Positions 42,867-57,041 of a stretch of DNA of 64,000 nucleotides are shown piece by piece. The number at the start of each line of letters is the position of its first letter. Positions within the stretch are counted from its first letter, which is position 1. Source of the DNA: Octopus vulgaris (taxonomy: Eukaryota). The position numbers and the translations under genes were made by a program. The notes under the pieces are model-generated. The model was not told where the DNA came from and did not search any database. It was given only the letters and a program-made list of their open reading frames with translations. Where the stretch lies: NCBI GenBank assembly GCA_951406725.2, contig OX597821.1, forward strand, positions 21,018,001 through 21,082,000, written 5' to 3'.

Positions 42867-43817
42867 TGTATGTATGTATGTATGTATGTATGTATGTATG
42901 TATGTATATATTGTATTTATCTATATATTGTATTTATATGTATTATATATTACGAATATGGTTCCCTCTTGTGGAAGCAGTTAACGAAAAGGACATAATT
43001 ATCTCCTCACAACACGAGTCAGAATTAGAATTTTCAATGTGCAATTAAAGAATTACGAGGAAAATGTCGCATGACAAATTCCATTTATTCTACTATTGCT
43101 GTTTTGATTTATAACCAAGTTCCTAAAATATCTAGTCTGTGGTACTCATTATAACACCATTTCATTCTTTCTACAAATTATCCGCATATGACGTATTAAG
43201 TAGACATCTTACGTTGTGAGATGTTTCATTAAAAATAAAATTGCCATCTGATGGATATTTCCATTATGCGCATTATTTTTAATTTGTTGCATTACAGAAC
43301 GTTAGTTCTTTAAGATCTAGAGAAAAGAGAGTGCTTTCGTTTGGAATAATTGTCTTTCCCAGGGTAATTCTACCATGTGAAAATATCTTATAGTATCAAT
43401 AATTTCTGTTTGAGCTACGTTCCCCAACGCGATACATTCTTCGAGGTGTAGACATTTGTTTCAAGCTGCTATATTTTTACTGTTACTTCTTCGCGTATAT
43501 ACGCGAACGAACATACATTTACAAGTACAATCAAGTTTAACATAGTGAGAATTTTAGTGTTGGTCCTGTTGAAGTCACGGTTAGATTTTTTCAAATATAC
43601 GTGGTTTTTTGTCCTGGAGGTAATTGACACAAAGGTGATGATTATCGGTCCCACCATTACCACCACTACCAACACAACATTAAGCGAAATTAGAAGTCTG
43701 AATTTGAATTTAGGAATGAAGCGACGAAAATTTTCTACGTATTACGAACTTCTTACTCTGTCTTTTTTCTGCCTTAAAAGATAGACAGATAAAATGATAA
43801 ATTGGTAGAATGATAAT

Positions 43818-43905
43818 AGATAGAAGATAGATAGATAGATAGATAGATGGATGGATGGATGGATGGATGGATGGATAGATAGATAGATAGATAGATAGAT
43901 GGATG

Positions 43906-43972
<67 letters not shown>

Positions 43973-44033
43973 GGATGGATGGATGGATGGATAGATATAT
44001 AGATAGATAGATAGATGGATGGATGGATGGATG

Positions 44034-44067
<34 letters not shown>

Positions 44068-44169
44068 AGATAGATAGATAGATAGATAGTTACATAGATA
44101 GATAGATAAATAGATAGATGGATGGATGGATGGATAGATATATAGATAGATAGAGAGAGAGTGTGATAT

Positions 44170-44228
<59 letters not shown>

Positions 44229-44230
44229 TT

Positions 44231-44303
<73 letters not shown>

Positions 44304-44368
44304 ACAGAGAGACAGACAGACAGAAGATAGGGAGATAGATAAATAGATAGACAACTTGACAGGCAGAC

Positions 44369-44439
<71 letters not shown>

Positions 44440-44442
44440 AAA
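43818..44442. repeat. Compound (GATA)n/(GGAT)n/(GA)n/(GAAA)n microsatellite
   Basis: Direct reading; explains the 258-aa ORF. Confidence 0.97.
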
Positions 44443-45012
44443 ATAGATTCGGTGGTTTTGAAGGAAAGGGGGTTGCTGTGTTCCAAGTTGGAGTCTATTT
44501 CACCAGTGATGCCAAAATAATTGAGTGAGGTGTCTAAAGTACATTGCCTGAGAATGTTGATGAGAATGTTGAAACGAACTGTGAAACAGCTAAAAGTGTT
44601 GGGTAGTTCTCTGGAGAAGCCTAATACGTAAACCCAATGATTTTTAAGTGAGCTTAGGTCCCTGGTTTAGAAGGTGTGAACGGGAGAGAAGATTTGGAAA
44701 ATAATTAACACAGAATAGTCGTGACTTATTTTAGCGTCTATGACGAAGTTTCGTAAATCTGTCCTGATAATGAAGCGTGAACGTGAGTATGTTTGCCAGT
44801 TGAAGGAAAGTGGAGGTACTCGACACTTGTATATATGCTTGCATATGAGAAAATTTATCTTTGCTCAACATAAATATGTTATAAATATCTAAACATCGAA
44901 ATTTTTTTTGAAATTGCTGACGATACTTGGAATTGAAGATAGTTCGCGTCTGAATTAACGTACAACTCCACTCAACTAAAATCGACATAAAAGTTTAATT
45001 AGTTAAACTTTT

Positions 45013-45173
45013 AGGTGCAGGAATGGCTGTGTGATAAGGAGCTTGCTTACCAACCACATGGTCCCGGGTTCAGTCCCACTGCGTGGCACCTTGGGCAAGT
45101 GTCTACTACTAAAGCTTCGACCAAAGCCTTGTGAATAGATTTGATAGAAGCCCGTCGTATATATGTATATATA

Positions 45174-45233
<60 letters not shown>

Positions 45234-45495
45234 TGTATGTATGTATGTATGTATGTATGTATGTATGTGTGTGTGTGTAAATGTTTGTGTGCCTGTGTTT
45301 GTCCCCCAACATCGCTTGACAACCGATGCTGGTGGGTTTACGACCACTTCACTCAGTGGTTCGGCAAAAACACCGATAGAATAAGTATTAGGCTTACAAA
45401 GAATAAGTCCTGGGGTAGATTTTTTTGACTAAAGGCGGAGCTCCAACATGGCCGCAGTGAACTGACTGAAACAAGTAAAAGAGTAAAAGAGAGAG
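45013..45495 (+). mobile_element. SINE family A
   Basis: Colinear with 11456-11864. Confidence 0.9.
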
Positions 45496-45800
45496 TAAAA
45501 CGTAGTTAAATCTGAAAGGATATTAGTGAAGACCATAGTATAGTTATCATAGTAAAGTTGCAATTGCAACGGTTACTAACCGATATAGTCGGAACATATG
45601 AGGACCTACTTCATGCTGTATGTGAATTAAATGTAATACTAATGCTACTTTGTCATAATCATTATAATAATAATAATAATAATAATAATAATTTTTGTCG
45701 ACGAAAATATTTTGACAAATTAAACTTAAATGTTGAAGTGAATCGAACGGATTTTGTGTGTTTCTTAAATGGCTTACAAACACCTTCCACGCTGCAATTG

Positions 45801-46309
<509 letters not shown>

Positions 46310-46646
46310 GAGTGAGAGAGCAGTGTATGCCATCAAAGTGAAACTGGGGTAAAATATACGAAGCCCAGTATACCCATCATGACAGCCCGTCTGACAAGAA
46401 TACGCTAGGCACATGCATCACCACCGTATGTGCGCGACATGGTGATCTTATATCAAGATAAACAGCACATGACCTTGCAATTGGGGTCCAGTTTGAATTT
46501 TCTTCTGGTCGTGTAACCCATCCCGCTCAAAAAGTCCCTGAATAAGGTTTGTTTAAGGATGTTGAACGAAACACACATGTTTCCAGAGGGGAATTATTGA
46601 AACTCCAAAGAATCCCTCTCAACACATGGCTATGATTCTCCCCCAT
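46310..46646 (-). mobile_element. Unclassified non-coding insert in (TAA)n, probably a retroelement 3' end
   Basis: Complex sequence flanked by ATT repeats on both sides; no ORF recognised; strand guessed from the neighbouring elements. Confidence 0.45.
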
Positions 46647-46648
46647 TA

Positions 46649-46710
<62 letters not shown>

Positions 46711-46713
<3 letters not shown>

Positions 46714-47141
46714 TAGTTTTATTTTTATAGCGTGCTTTCACTTCACTACCGAGCGCAGCTCTGTGTGCCTTGGGTATGTGCTGTGATTTGTTGTGATGCT
46801 CTGATGGTTATTGTATGGAAAGTGTTCTGCGTAGGATGTGTGCAGTGCCTAGTAGTGCAATTTTCTGTATGTTATATGTGTTTGTAAGTCCTGGTGTTTT
46901 TGTTATGTATTTGTCTGAATATTTTTTTATCATGCCTAATGCACCTACTATGATAGGAATTGTTTCTGTTTTCAGATTCCACATTCTAGTTACCTCTATT
47001 TCCAGGTCTTTGTATTTTGAGAGTTTCTCCATTTCTTTTAGAGACACGTTGTCATCAGCCGGTATTGATACATCAATTAGAAAGCATTTTTTTCTTCATG
47101 GTCTCTGACAACTATATCTGGTCTGTTGGCCTTAATTTCTC
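46711..47141 (-). mobile_element. R4/Dong-like LINE 3' end, second subfamily, in (TAA)n
   Basis: EIKANRPDIVVRD...KLSKYKDLEIEVTRMWNLKTETIPIIVGALG...IQKIALLGTAHILRRTL. Confidence 0.9.
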
Positions 47142-47445
<304 letters not shown>

Positions 47446-47656
47446 TATGAAAACTCACAGCTTATTTTTCTGGGCGTGGTGGAAAGTGTCAGGTGTCCAC
47501 AGCTAGTAGACTCTGGTGACGCTTGTTTGCTACTCATGCTTCATGAACCCTGCGAAGAATTCTTGCAGTTCCAAGCAATGCTGATTTTTATGCCTGTATG
47601 TGTGCGTGTATGTATGTATAGATGTATATATACATACTTATGTAAATATATTTGTA

Positions 47657-47822
47657 CAGGTGCAGGCGTGACTTTGTGGTAAGAAACTTTATTCCCAAAT
47701 ACATGATTTCTTGTCCAGTTCTACTGCTTGGAAACTTGGGCAAGTGTCTTTTATTATCGCCCCGGATCGAACAAGGCCTTTTGAGAGGATTTGGTAGACG
47801 GAAACTGAGAGAAGCCCGTTAT
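47657..47822 (+). mobile_element. SINE family A, degenerate 5' half
   Basis: CTTGGGCAAGTGTCTT...GGATTTGGTAGACGGAAACTGA. Confidence 0.75.
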
Positions 47823-48250
47823 CTTTGTGGACAAGAACGTGACAAACTATATAGTTACTTCATATCAGGTCCCTAGCAATATTTAAACAAACAATTGAAT
47901 TCCAGATTTTACTTTTACAAAAATTAGAAACAAAGATTCTTGACCAAACCTCAAGCATGTGCAAAGATGGTTGAGAACAGCATTTGGTTAAAGAAAATTC
48001 TCACAAGTTTTGTACTTAGAAAGAACATGTGTAGCAATAAGAATTGAGAAATTTCTTTAATTTCGCAAAGCAAACAAGAGAGATGGTTTACATTACGAAC
48101 TATGGGTATTCCGGTGGGGAATGAAATTTAACGTTAACTACTTCAATCAAATCCTACTAATTAACGTTAATTTAAATTTAGTTGTACCTCTCTTTCTAAC
48201 GAAATAACGAATGTAGACGGAAAATGCATTTTCTTGAGTCAAATAACTCG

Positions 48251-48295
<45 letters not shown>

Positions 48296-48418
48296 ATCGT
48301 ACCAAAGTGATTCAACCAAAATCTAAATAGTGACTTCTGCAGACATATATTAAGAATTACACAATACGAAACCGAAGAAAAGGACAAATGTATATCAATC
48401 TATAAAGATTTATATGTA

Positions 48419-48582
48419 TAGGCACAGGAGTGGCTATGTGGTAAGTAGCTTGCTTACGAAACACATGGTTCTAGGTTCAGTCCCAGTGCGTGGTACCTTG
48501 GGCAAGTGTCTTCGACTATAGCATCGGCCCGACCAAAGCTTTTTAAGCGGATTTGGTGAACGGAAACTGAAAGAAACCCGTC

Positions 48583-48639
<57 letters not shown>

Positions 48640-48860
48640 CGTGTGTGTGTGTATGTGTGTATGTTTCTGTGTCTGTGTTTGTACCCCCACCAACGCTTGA
48701 TAACCGATACTGGTGTGTTCACATCCCCGTAATCTAGCGGTTCGGTAAAAGCGATTAATAGAATAAGTACTTGGCTTATTCGACTAAAGGTGGTGCTCCA
48801 ACGTGGCTGCAGTCCAGTCAAATGACTGAAACAAATGAAAGAATAAAAGAATGAAAGAAT
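48419..48860 (+). mobile_element. SINE family A
   Basis: Colinear with other copies; short deletion in the 3' part. Confidence 0.9.
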
Positions 48861-49248
48861 ATCACGTCGATTCATTTAATTCGTTAACGAGGAAAATAGA
48901 ATAGATTCACAGCAAGATACTTCTCTCCCTTTGCAATGCAGAAAACAACCAATAAGGAAACAGCTATGCATGCACAGACATTTTTATAAGCGCCTGTGTG
49001 TATGTGTATGTTTGTGAGTGTGTGTGTGTGTGCGTGTGTGTGTGTGTGTATGTTTGTGAGTTTCTGTATGTGTGTGTGTGTGTATTACTTTCAATGCACG
49101 AGATCACGAACGCCTAGTTATTCACTTGCATAGAAATGCACTGAAACTCTGATTGACGCTTCTTTATGTTATCAAATAACCAATGCGTCTATTGTGATGA
49201 TAGGTATAAGCTGAACTTGCATAAAAATATAAATATATATATACATAC

Positions 49249-49281
<33 letters not shown>

Positions 49282-49520
49282 AATAAATATGTATGTATGT
49301 ATATATATATATGTATATATATATTTATATATATATGTGTATGTATATATATAAATAAATATGTATGTATATATATATATATATGTGTATGTATATATAT
49401 AAATAAATATGTATGTATATATATATGTATATATATATATGTATATATATGTGTGTGTATATATATAAATAAATATGTATGTATATATATATATGTATAT
49501 ATATATACATATACATACAC

Positions 49521-49651
<131 letters not shown>

Positions 49652-49926
49652 TTTATACGGATGACGTATGTAAGTATGTACGCAAGTATGTATGTATATA
49701 TACTAACATAAAGATGTGTAGGAACCATTGGAGATCAATTATCGAATTTTCTGCCTTCTGGTTTCTATTCTATTGATTATTGTTTACTGAGATCAAAATC
49801 AATACGTCGTTAACATGTAGAATGTTTCAGAAAGTACAAAAGCACAACAACAAACAACAAGCAACAGGAACAAAGAAACAACATCGGCAATAACGACAGT
49901 AGCAACAACAAATACTACTACTACTG

Positions 49927-49957
<31 letters not shown>

Positions 49958-50257
49958 TACTACCATCTCGTCTTCAGCTTCGGCAACAAAACTAAAAAGC
50001 ACGCTCTGTACATTATCTAACCTAGTTTTCATTAAATATTTCATTAAACCCACCCCGGGGCTGTAATAGACATATCGCTGATCATGAAGCCGGGTTGAGT
50101 TGCATCATAGTTGACTGAATGATTAGAGTTGGTATATATGCGTGTACATATATATGAATAGAAAATGTGTGTAATTGTATACTTACACATACATATACAT
50201 ACATTTATTTATATTTCTCTGTCTATCTATCTATATATGCGTCTGTGTGTATATTCA

Positions 50258-50336
<79 letters not shown>

Positions 50337-50411
50337 GTATTCATTTATATATAGCCATAAATTTATATGGCTATATATAAATGTATATATGTGTATATAT
50401 ATATTTTTTTG

Positions 50412-50442
<31 letters not shown>

Positions 50443-50601
50443 ATATGTATGTATATACATATGCATACATAACTCTAGCACCATGTATGCATACATATGG
50501 ATTAAGAAGTAGATAAATAAGAATTTTAGAAATGCACATAATTTGGTAACTGTACATAAGAACGTATGTGATTGTGTATGTTTGTATAATTATATTTGGT
50601 T

Positions 50602-50682
<81 letters not shown>

Positions 50683-52249
50683 ATGTCTGTATGTCTGTAT
50701 GTATGTATGTATGTATGTATATATGTGTGTGAGATAGTTGGTATGTGAAAGCACGTGGTCGGATGTATAAAAAACAAAACAGAAGTTGAACACAGCTTCC
50801 CCGAAAATATTTCCATACATATCCTCTTACAACCTCAGAAGCAAAGAAGCCTTCACCATCATCAGCCAAAACCTACCAATGCTACATAAAGGAAATTAAA
50901 GGAAATTTTACACTCACTTGAGATCATTAAAAGCCATAATCAACTGAAGTTATTTAAAAAATCCTCACATAGGCGAAATTATTTTCTAAAATAACGGACG
51001 CAAAAGTGAATAAACGTGGTCGACCAAATTTCGCAATATGCCCCAACCTTCTAGAAGTATCAGAATTCCTTTTTAAAGATCGACAAATTTCTGATTTCAC
51101 TTGTACTACGGAAAACCTGATACATGTTATAAGATGCTCGGGCTGTCGCTAAAACTAAATAGGCTCCACGGGATAAACGCTCAGACGCCGATGCAGTCTG
51201 CACTGGCAGCAGATTGCATTCCCAGAGTACAGAACGATGTCCTTTAGTGAACACAGTGACAGATCGCAAAACAACTGCTACTAGAATTTGTAATCTTTCA
51301 ATTTCATCAATGTGCTATTAGAGCGCCAACACAAGTTAGATTAACCAAGGAAACCTACTTTCTTGAAAGATGTAAGCCGAAACTTGATTATTTTTTAGCA
51401 TTTTTAAATAAGTACGCTTACCTCATTGAAAAATATAAACCAAAACTTAACCAGTTCTAATGTTTTATTCTATCAAAACCAAATAATGTTAAATTAACAA
51501 AACCTAATCATTCCTAACATTTTTATTATCTCCCTTATACCGAAAAAAATCCTGGTTATCTCCGCCTGTTTCAAACTCTTCTTAATCACACCATAACGAA
51601 TACATAAAAACATCGGTTAACAAATGTAAGACATTTGAAATGAAAATGCGAAACCGGCTATTTCTCCAAAACCAACGTCACTATACACAACATTTTATAC
51701 CATTTTCCTAACATGACGATTTTAATATATTTTCAACCATATAATACAAATCTTCTGTAGTTTTTTCATTCTGTTTTGTTTTATATATATAAGTGTGTGT
51801 GTGTGTGTGTCAGAATCTCTGTGTGTGCGTGCGCGCATGCGTGTGTGTGTTGGAGGCGTGATCTTTTTTATGTATGATATATGTTTGACGTTCATGATAT
51901 ATATGGCATTTAACCGGCATATTCATTGATAGAATACTCTCCGATATTTGTACTCGCTCCCAAATCCTGACTTCAAACCCTATTACCTTACTGTATGTTT
52001 ATATTCTTTGGATCGATGTGTAAATGATAAGTAATGCTTTAATTACTAGTGAGAATGTCAGGGTGTAAAACGATATTCTTTGCAACACATATTGAGACTT
52101 AGTGCTCAATATGTGTTGAACCAATTTCAACAGGAAAAATAAACAAAATGACGTTCTCTGCGATCCCTCGCTGTGCTCAACGCGAAACTGTGGTACATTC
52201 GTAGTTAAGTTACCAATATTTGACTTCCATACTCCCAGATATTTATTTT

Positions 52250-53035
52250 TCTTCTTTTCTTTTTGTTACAGTGCCCAAAGAGGTGCATAGATGATTGTTG
52301 CGATTTCTCTGTATCGCAGGTGTGTCAAGTGCTGAAATTTATCGCAAGCACAGCTATCTAACGCTTAGAAGTGTGTGGATCGAGAATATTAAAAATGACC
52401 GGACAAGCACAGGCTTACCAAAATGTATAATGGCAAGCATGTGAAAATATGTCAATGCTTACTCGACGATGCAAGTGACGCATTTTAGATAGAGTTTTCA
52501 CAGAAGATGGGACCTGTATGTATCTCTTGGAGACACATTGCAAAAGGAAAAGAATAGAGTGGGAAAATCAGGAATCTACAGTTTAAAATAAATTCTAGAC
52601 GCACTCTTCCGCAGTAAATGTGACACTACCCGTTTTGGAACATTAACTGGAAAGGAAGTTTAGTCAAGAGTGTAGGTTTACAACGAAATTGTGACCAACA
52701 AATTGAAACCAGAAATGCACACCAAACGCTCAGGTATATGGTCAAAGCAAGTGCTATTGCTGCATGAGAATGCAATGCATGTCCACACCGTTGAAAGCAT
52801 TGACAATTTGGGTTTCGATTTGTTCCAACAACCTGCATATAGTTCAGATTTCGACTCTTCATTCAATCACATCTTTGGGCCTTGAAACATCCTTTATGAA
52901 GTCATCGGTTTATATCGGACGAAGAATTCCAGGAAGCAGTTTACAACGAGCCGATTACTTTCTTCTCCGATAGAATAATCAAGCATGTAGACTGTCGAAA
53001 AATGATGTTCAACCATTTTTGTACTATACCCTCGT
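52250..53035 (+). mobile_element. Decayed mariner transposase relic
   Basis: RFL...GVSSAEIYR (HTH start), LLLHENA, QPAYSSDFDSSFNHIFGP (decayed YSPDLAPSD.HLFG.L). Confidence 0.8.
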
Positions 53036-53210
53036 GTAAATACATCATTAGTGATGGTAGCAATATTAGCACCACAATAAAATCTTTATAACGAAATTAA
53101 AAGGGATATAAAAGAATATTATTTTAATTTAACATGGTGGACACGTCAGTTTTAGCTTCCCTACTATTATAATGTAAACCTTTTTTAACTCATCATATTC
53201 TTTGCGTGTA

Positions 53211-53600
53211 TACCAATATTCCACTGAACTTTTTGATAATTCCTTCTGGAAATTATCTTGAGAATGTATAATATATTTGTTGTAATCTTTTGTGCCCAAT
53301 ATTTCAATGAACTTGTTAAACTTTTTATGTTCTTACATGCTCTTGTCACCACAGAATGTATATATATGTATTGGAGTACTCTGTGTCAACCAATATTCTG
53401 TGCGTGTTTCAATATACAGGTACAATACCAATATCCCACTGAAGCTTTTAATGATTCCTTCTGGAAACTATCTTTAACATGTCCTTGAGAATGATTATTT
53501 ATGTTGTAATCTTTTGTGCCCAACATTTTAAGGAACTTGTTAAACTTTTTTATGTCCTTAACATGTCCTTGTTACCAAAGACTGTATATATGTAATGTAG
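53211..53600. repeat. Diverged local tandem duplication, about 215-bp unit x 2
   Basis: TACCAATAT.CCACTGAA, TTCCTTCTGGAAA, TTGTAATCTTTTGTGCCCAA and GAACTTGTTAAACTTTTT recur about 215-225 bp apart. Confidence 0.85.
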
Positions 53601-53778
53601 CATTTTGTAACAACCAATAATTAACGCAACCAAACTTCTACATGTTACTTTTGACAATCTTTTTCCCAAAAGTGAATCCGGTAAAGTAAATAAACATCTT
53701 TTAAAATTGCATTTTCAAACCTTCTTTCGTATATAATTTATAATTCCACTCGTGCGGTGCCCTACAACTCCACTTTGT

Positions 53779-53839
<61 letters not shown>

Positions 53840-53842
<3 letters not shown>

Positions 53843-53932
53843 ATATAAGGGCAAACAATTATTAATTTAAAAAAACAACAATTATTCACGGGTAGAATTC
53901 GGTATGTAAATATAACCATTATCGGTAGGAAC

Positions 53933-53982
<50 letters not shown>

Positions 53983-54432
53983 AACAAATAAAAATAAAAA
54001 GGGGCGAGCAACAGGTTGCTTAGCCACATACCGAAAAATCAGAAATAGCAGTCAAAGACTGTTTATTTCTATTTTCCGCAAATATGACTCCACATACAAC
54101 ATATCCATGTAATTGACATATGTAAAACAGAACGAAAAAATAACGAACACATAGTCTAGGGTTAGTTACGAACGCATTTCTGGATTAGAATTATAAATCA
54201 ATTCATTTCCTTTATCAACGCAACATTCCACTCAAATAGATTTCACAAATGCCATATATACCCTCCGCTTCCCGAGCCAGCGTCATCAGAGATAGTAAAA
54301 GATAGCTGGCATAGGACAAATCCATATAGACGAATGGATTCGTACTTTCCCTCCAAAATTTTACCATGTGCGGTCATATTTGTGGAAAATAGAAATAAAC
54401 AGTCTTTGACTGCTATTTCTGATTTTTAGGTA
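53840..54432 (-). mobile_element. Hammerhead-bearing element with ~60-bp inverted arm; same family as 25801-26216
   Basis: 54027-54089 inverts 54373-54432; hammerhead at 54165-54224. Confidence 0.8.
54165..54224 (-). ncRNA. Type I hammerhead, U3:A8 variant
   Basis: Minus: GUUGCG-UUGAUAA-aGGA..GAAUUG/UAAUUC..UCCa-GAAA-UGCG-UU-CGUAAC; 6-bp stem I. Confidence 0.75.
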
Positions 54433-54570
54433 CTTATTTAATCGACTCCGAAAGGATGAAAGGCAAAGTCGACCTCGGCCCAATTTGAACTCAGAACGTA
54501 GTGGCAGACGAAATACCTATTTCTATACTACCCACAAGGGGCTAAACACAGAGAAGACAAACAAGGACAA
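54433..54570 (-). mobile_element. SINE family D fragment
   Basis: Reverse complement of the Meta-like segment at 28520-28630. Confidence 0.8.
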
Positions 54571-54944
54571 GTGTCTGTCTCCTACGATCTAGATTCCTAA
54601 CTACTCCCACATTTTGTGGTGCAGTTTAACCAAAAGCGGGTATCTTATAGTCGTGATTCATATCGAGCCCTTCTGGGTATTAGCGCGCGTCTATGATGAG
54701 TCTACGATTTAAAAAAAAATTACCATCATTTTTTTCCATTTCAATACATTTTTTTCGCTATTATATAAGGGAAGTAACTCTCTAAAAATGTCTAAGATGA
54801 GTCAACGATTTTTAATAAAATTTACCATCATTTTTTTTTCCATTTTTAATGCATTTTTGTGCTATTTTTTGGCTATAACTCTCTAAAAATGCTTATATAG
54901 TTATTTCCGTTACAAACCCGAGCAACGCCGGGCGATACTGCTAG
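54571..54944 (+). mobile_element. Non-autonomous Helitron, 3' part
   Basis: Hairpin CCCGAGCAACGCCGGG followed by CGATACTG-CTAG|T. Confidence 0.8.
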
Positions 54945-55414
54945 TATATATATATATAATTTTGTTAGGTTTATACATTTGTTTAAAAAGATTCCTAATG
55001 TGAAATCATGTGCTGATACAGATGTTATATTTTGTGAAAGTTATGTTTTGTTTCGTTGCCTAATGGTGAGGCAAAGAGAACGGACGTTTTTGAAAAGTTT
55101 ACAAAACCATTACTTTTAGCTGCAAATAAATTCTATTGACATTAATGTGTTGGTATTAAATTAGCATTTGTCAAATTACGTGTGCTAAACAACATCTATC
55201 ATGTGGTGTCCGTTCTCATTGATGCACTTCTGAAGACATTCTTGGAAGTTGGATTCCACTCTGTCCTGCATTGCTCTGTGCGTGGTCCCTGGTCCCATGG
55301 CTTCACCCGAGAAGAAAAACACAATGCTAAGTCACCAAGGCGCCGGCGTTCTTAGGTCCCTCTTTCTCTGGCTAAGTAACAGCCATTTCAAAATACATAC
55401 ATACATACATACAA

Positions 55415-55445
<31 letters not shown>

Positions 55446-55496
55446 TGTATGTATGTATGTATGTATGTATGTATGTATGTATATATGTATATTTAT

Positions 55497-55617
55497 GACG
55501 GGTTTCTTTCAGTTTCCGTCTACCAAATCCATTCACAAGGCCTTGGTCGGATGTTCAAAGTCACCTGGAACCATGTGGCTGGTAAACAAGCTACTTATCA
55601 CACAACCACCCTGCGCC
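55497..55617 (-). mobile_element. SINE family A 5' fragment
   Basis: TTTCAGTTTCCGTCTACCAAATCC...CTACTTA.CACAC. Confidence 0.75.
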
Positions 55618-55685
55618 CATATAATATATATATATGTATATATATATATATAAAATATATATTTATATATATAATACATAAAATG

Positions 55686-55718
<33 letters not shown>

Positions 55719-55746
55719 TATTTATATATATATAATACATAAAATG

Positions 55747-55781
<35 letters not shown>

Positions 55782-55788
55782 ATATGTA

Positions 55789-55866
<78 letters not shown>

Positions 55867-55868
<2 letters not shown>

Positions 55869-56178
55869 GAAAAATTGAGGTAATCAGATCAGATGGTTCA
55901 TATTTGTAGATATTTATTTATATATTACATTTTTTACATATATATCATATCATTCGGATTAGCGCTTGCTCCCATTCTAGTGGGTTTTCAAATCAAATCA
56001 GTTGTGGGTAGTTTGAACCTTTTTATAGTTTCGTAGTAGTGGGTGAGGAGGAAGTGAGACAGAGAGGAAATATGAAAAAGCGCTAATCCGAATGATATGA
56101 TATATATGTAAAAAATGTAATATATAAATAAATATCTACAAATATGAACCATCTGATCTGATTACCTCAATTTTTCTA
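55867..56178. mobile_element. Foldback element with perfect ~100-bp inverted arms between (TA)n; hammerhead relic at 55957-55994 (-)
   Basis: 55867-55967 is the exact reverse complement of 56078-56178; minus GAU-UUGAAAA-CCCA cuagaa UGGG-a-GCAA-GCGC-UA-AUC. Confidence 0.85.
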
Positions 56179-56209
56179 ATATATAATACCTGTACATCAT
56201 CTCCAAACC

Positions 56210-56279
<70 letters not shown>

Positions 56280-56299
56280 ATAAATTAATAAATAAGACA

Positions 56300-56757
56300 T
56301 ATGCATATATACATACATATATGTATGTACCTACCTCTACATGTATATATATATATGCATATATGGGTACAGGACACCAAAAAAAACGTCGAACACAATG
56401 AGAAACAAAATCATAAGCATAAAACCAAGGAACTGGACATTTTTCTTAAACGACGAAAAAATAGAGTACAGGACAAATAACACAAGGAAAATTGCCCTTC
56501 TTCAGTCGCCATAGTTTCATCTACTCTGCGTTTCAAAGGTGAAGGTGATACGCATCTTCGAAAGAAACTTTCCTTCCCGCGAAAAGCAAATTAAATAAAA
56601 TTTGAGATCTTTTTGCGGAGGGGTAAAAATGGTAGCAAAAACAGGACAGTAACGACAGTACAAAATATAAACAGTAAAAGACAGGACAAGGAGAATAACA
56701 AGACAAGAAGGGCTGCTAAGCCGAACGAGATAAAGTATTACGAACGCTATTTTTGAG

Positions 56758-56760
<3 letters not shown>
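56300..56760 (-). mobile_element. Unclassified non-coding insert between (TA)n tracts
   Basis: Complex A-rich sequence bounded by TA repeats; contains permuted hammerhead core words. Confidence 0.4.
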
Positions 56761-56802
<42 letters not shown>

Positions 56803-56998
56803 CAACCCAAATACACATAGAGAAAATCACATCTTTAATTGCAGAATTTAATATATAAAGCTGACTATCGTTTCTGGTCCATCAATATATTTAGATACAG
56901 GAAATATTGAAGTTTATATATCCGAAAATAGATGTTAACCAGATTGTTTTAAACGAGACTATTGAGATCTGCCTGTTCTTTTTTATTTTGGAGTGTGA

Positions 56999-57041
<43 letters not shown>

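Noticed and set aside
54283-54289. Minus-strand CUGAUGA inside the 54-kb element
   Set aside because: No matching stem I partner; the UUGAUAA core at 54212-54218 gives the consistent fold
56855-56945. Minus-strand GAAA-CGAUAG-UC with a long hairpin
   Set aside because: The 5' core (CUGANGA) and stem I are missing; at most a half motif
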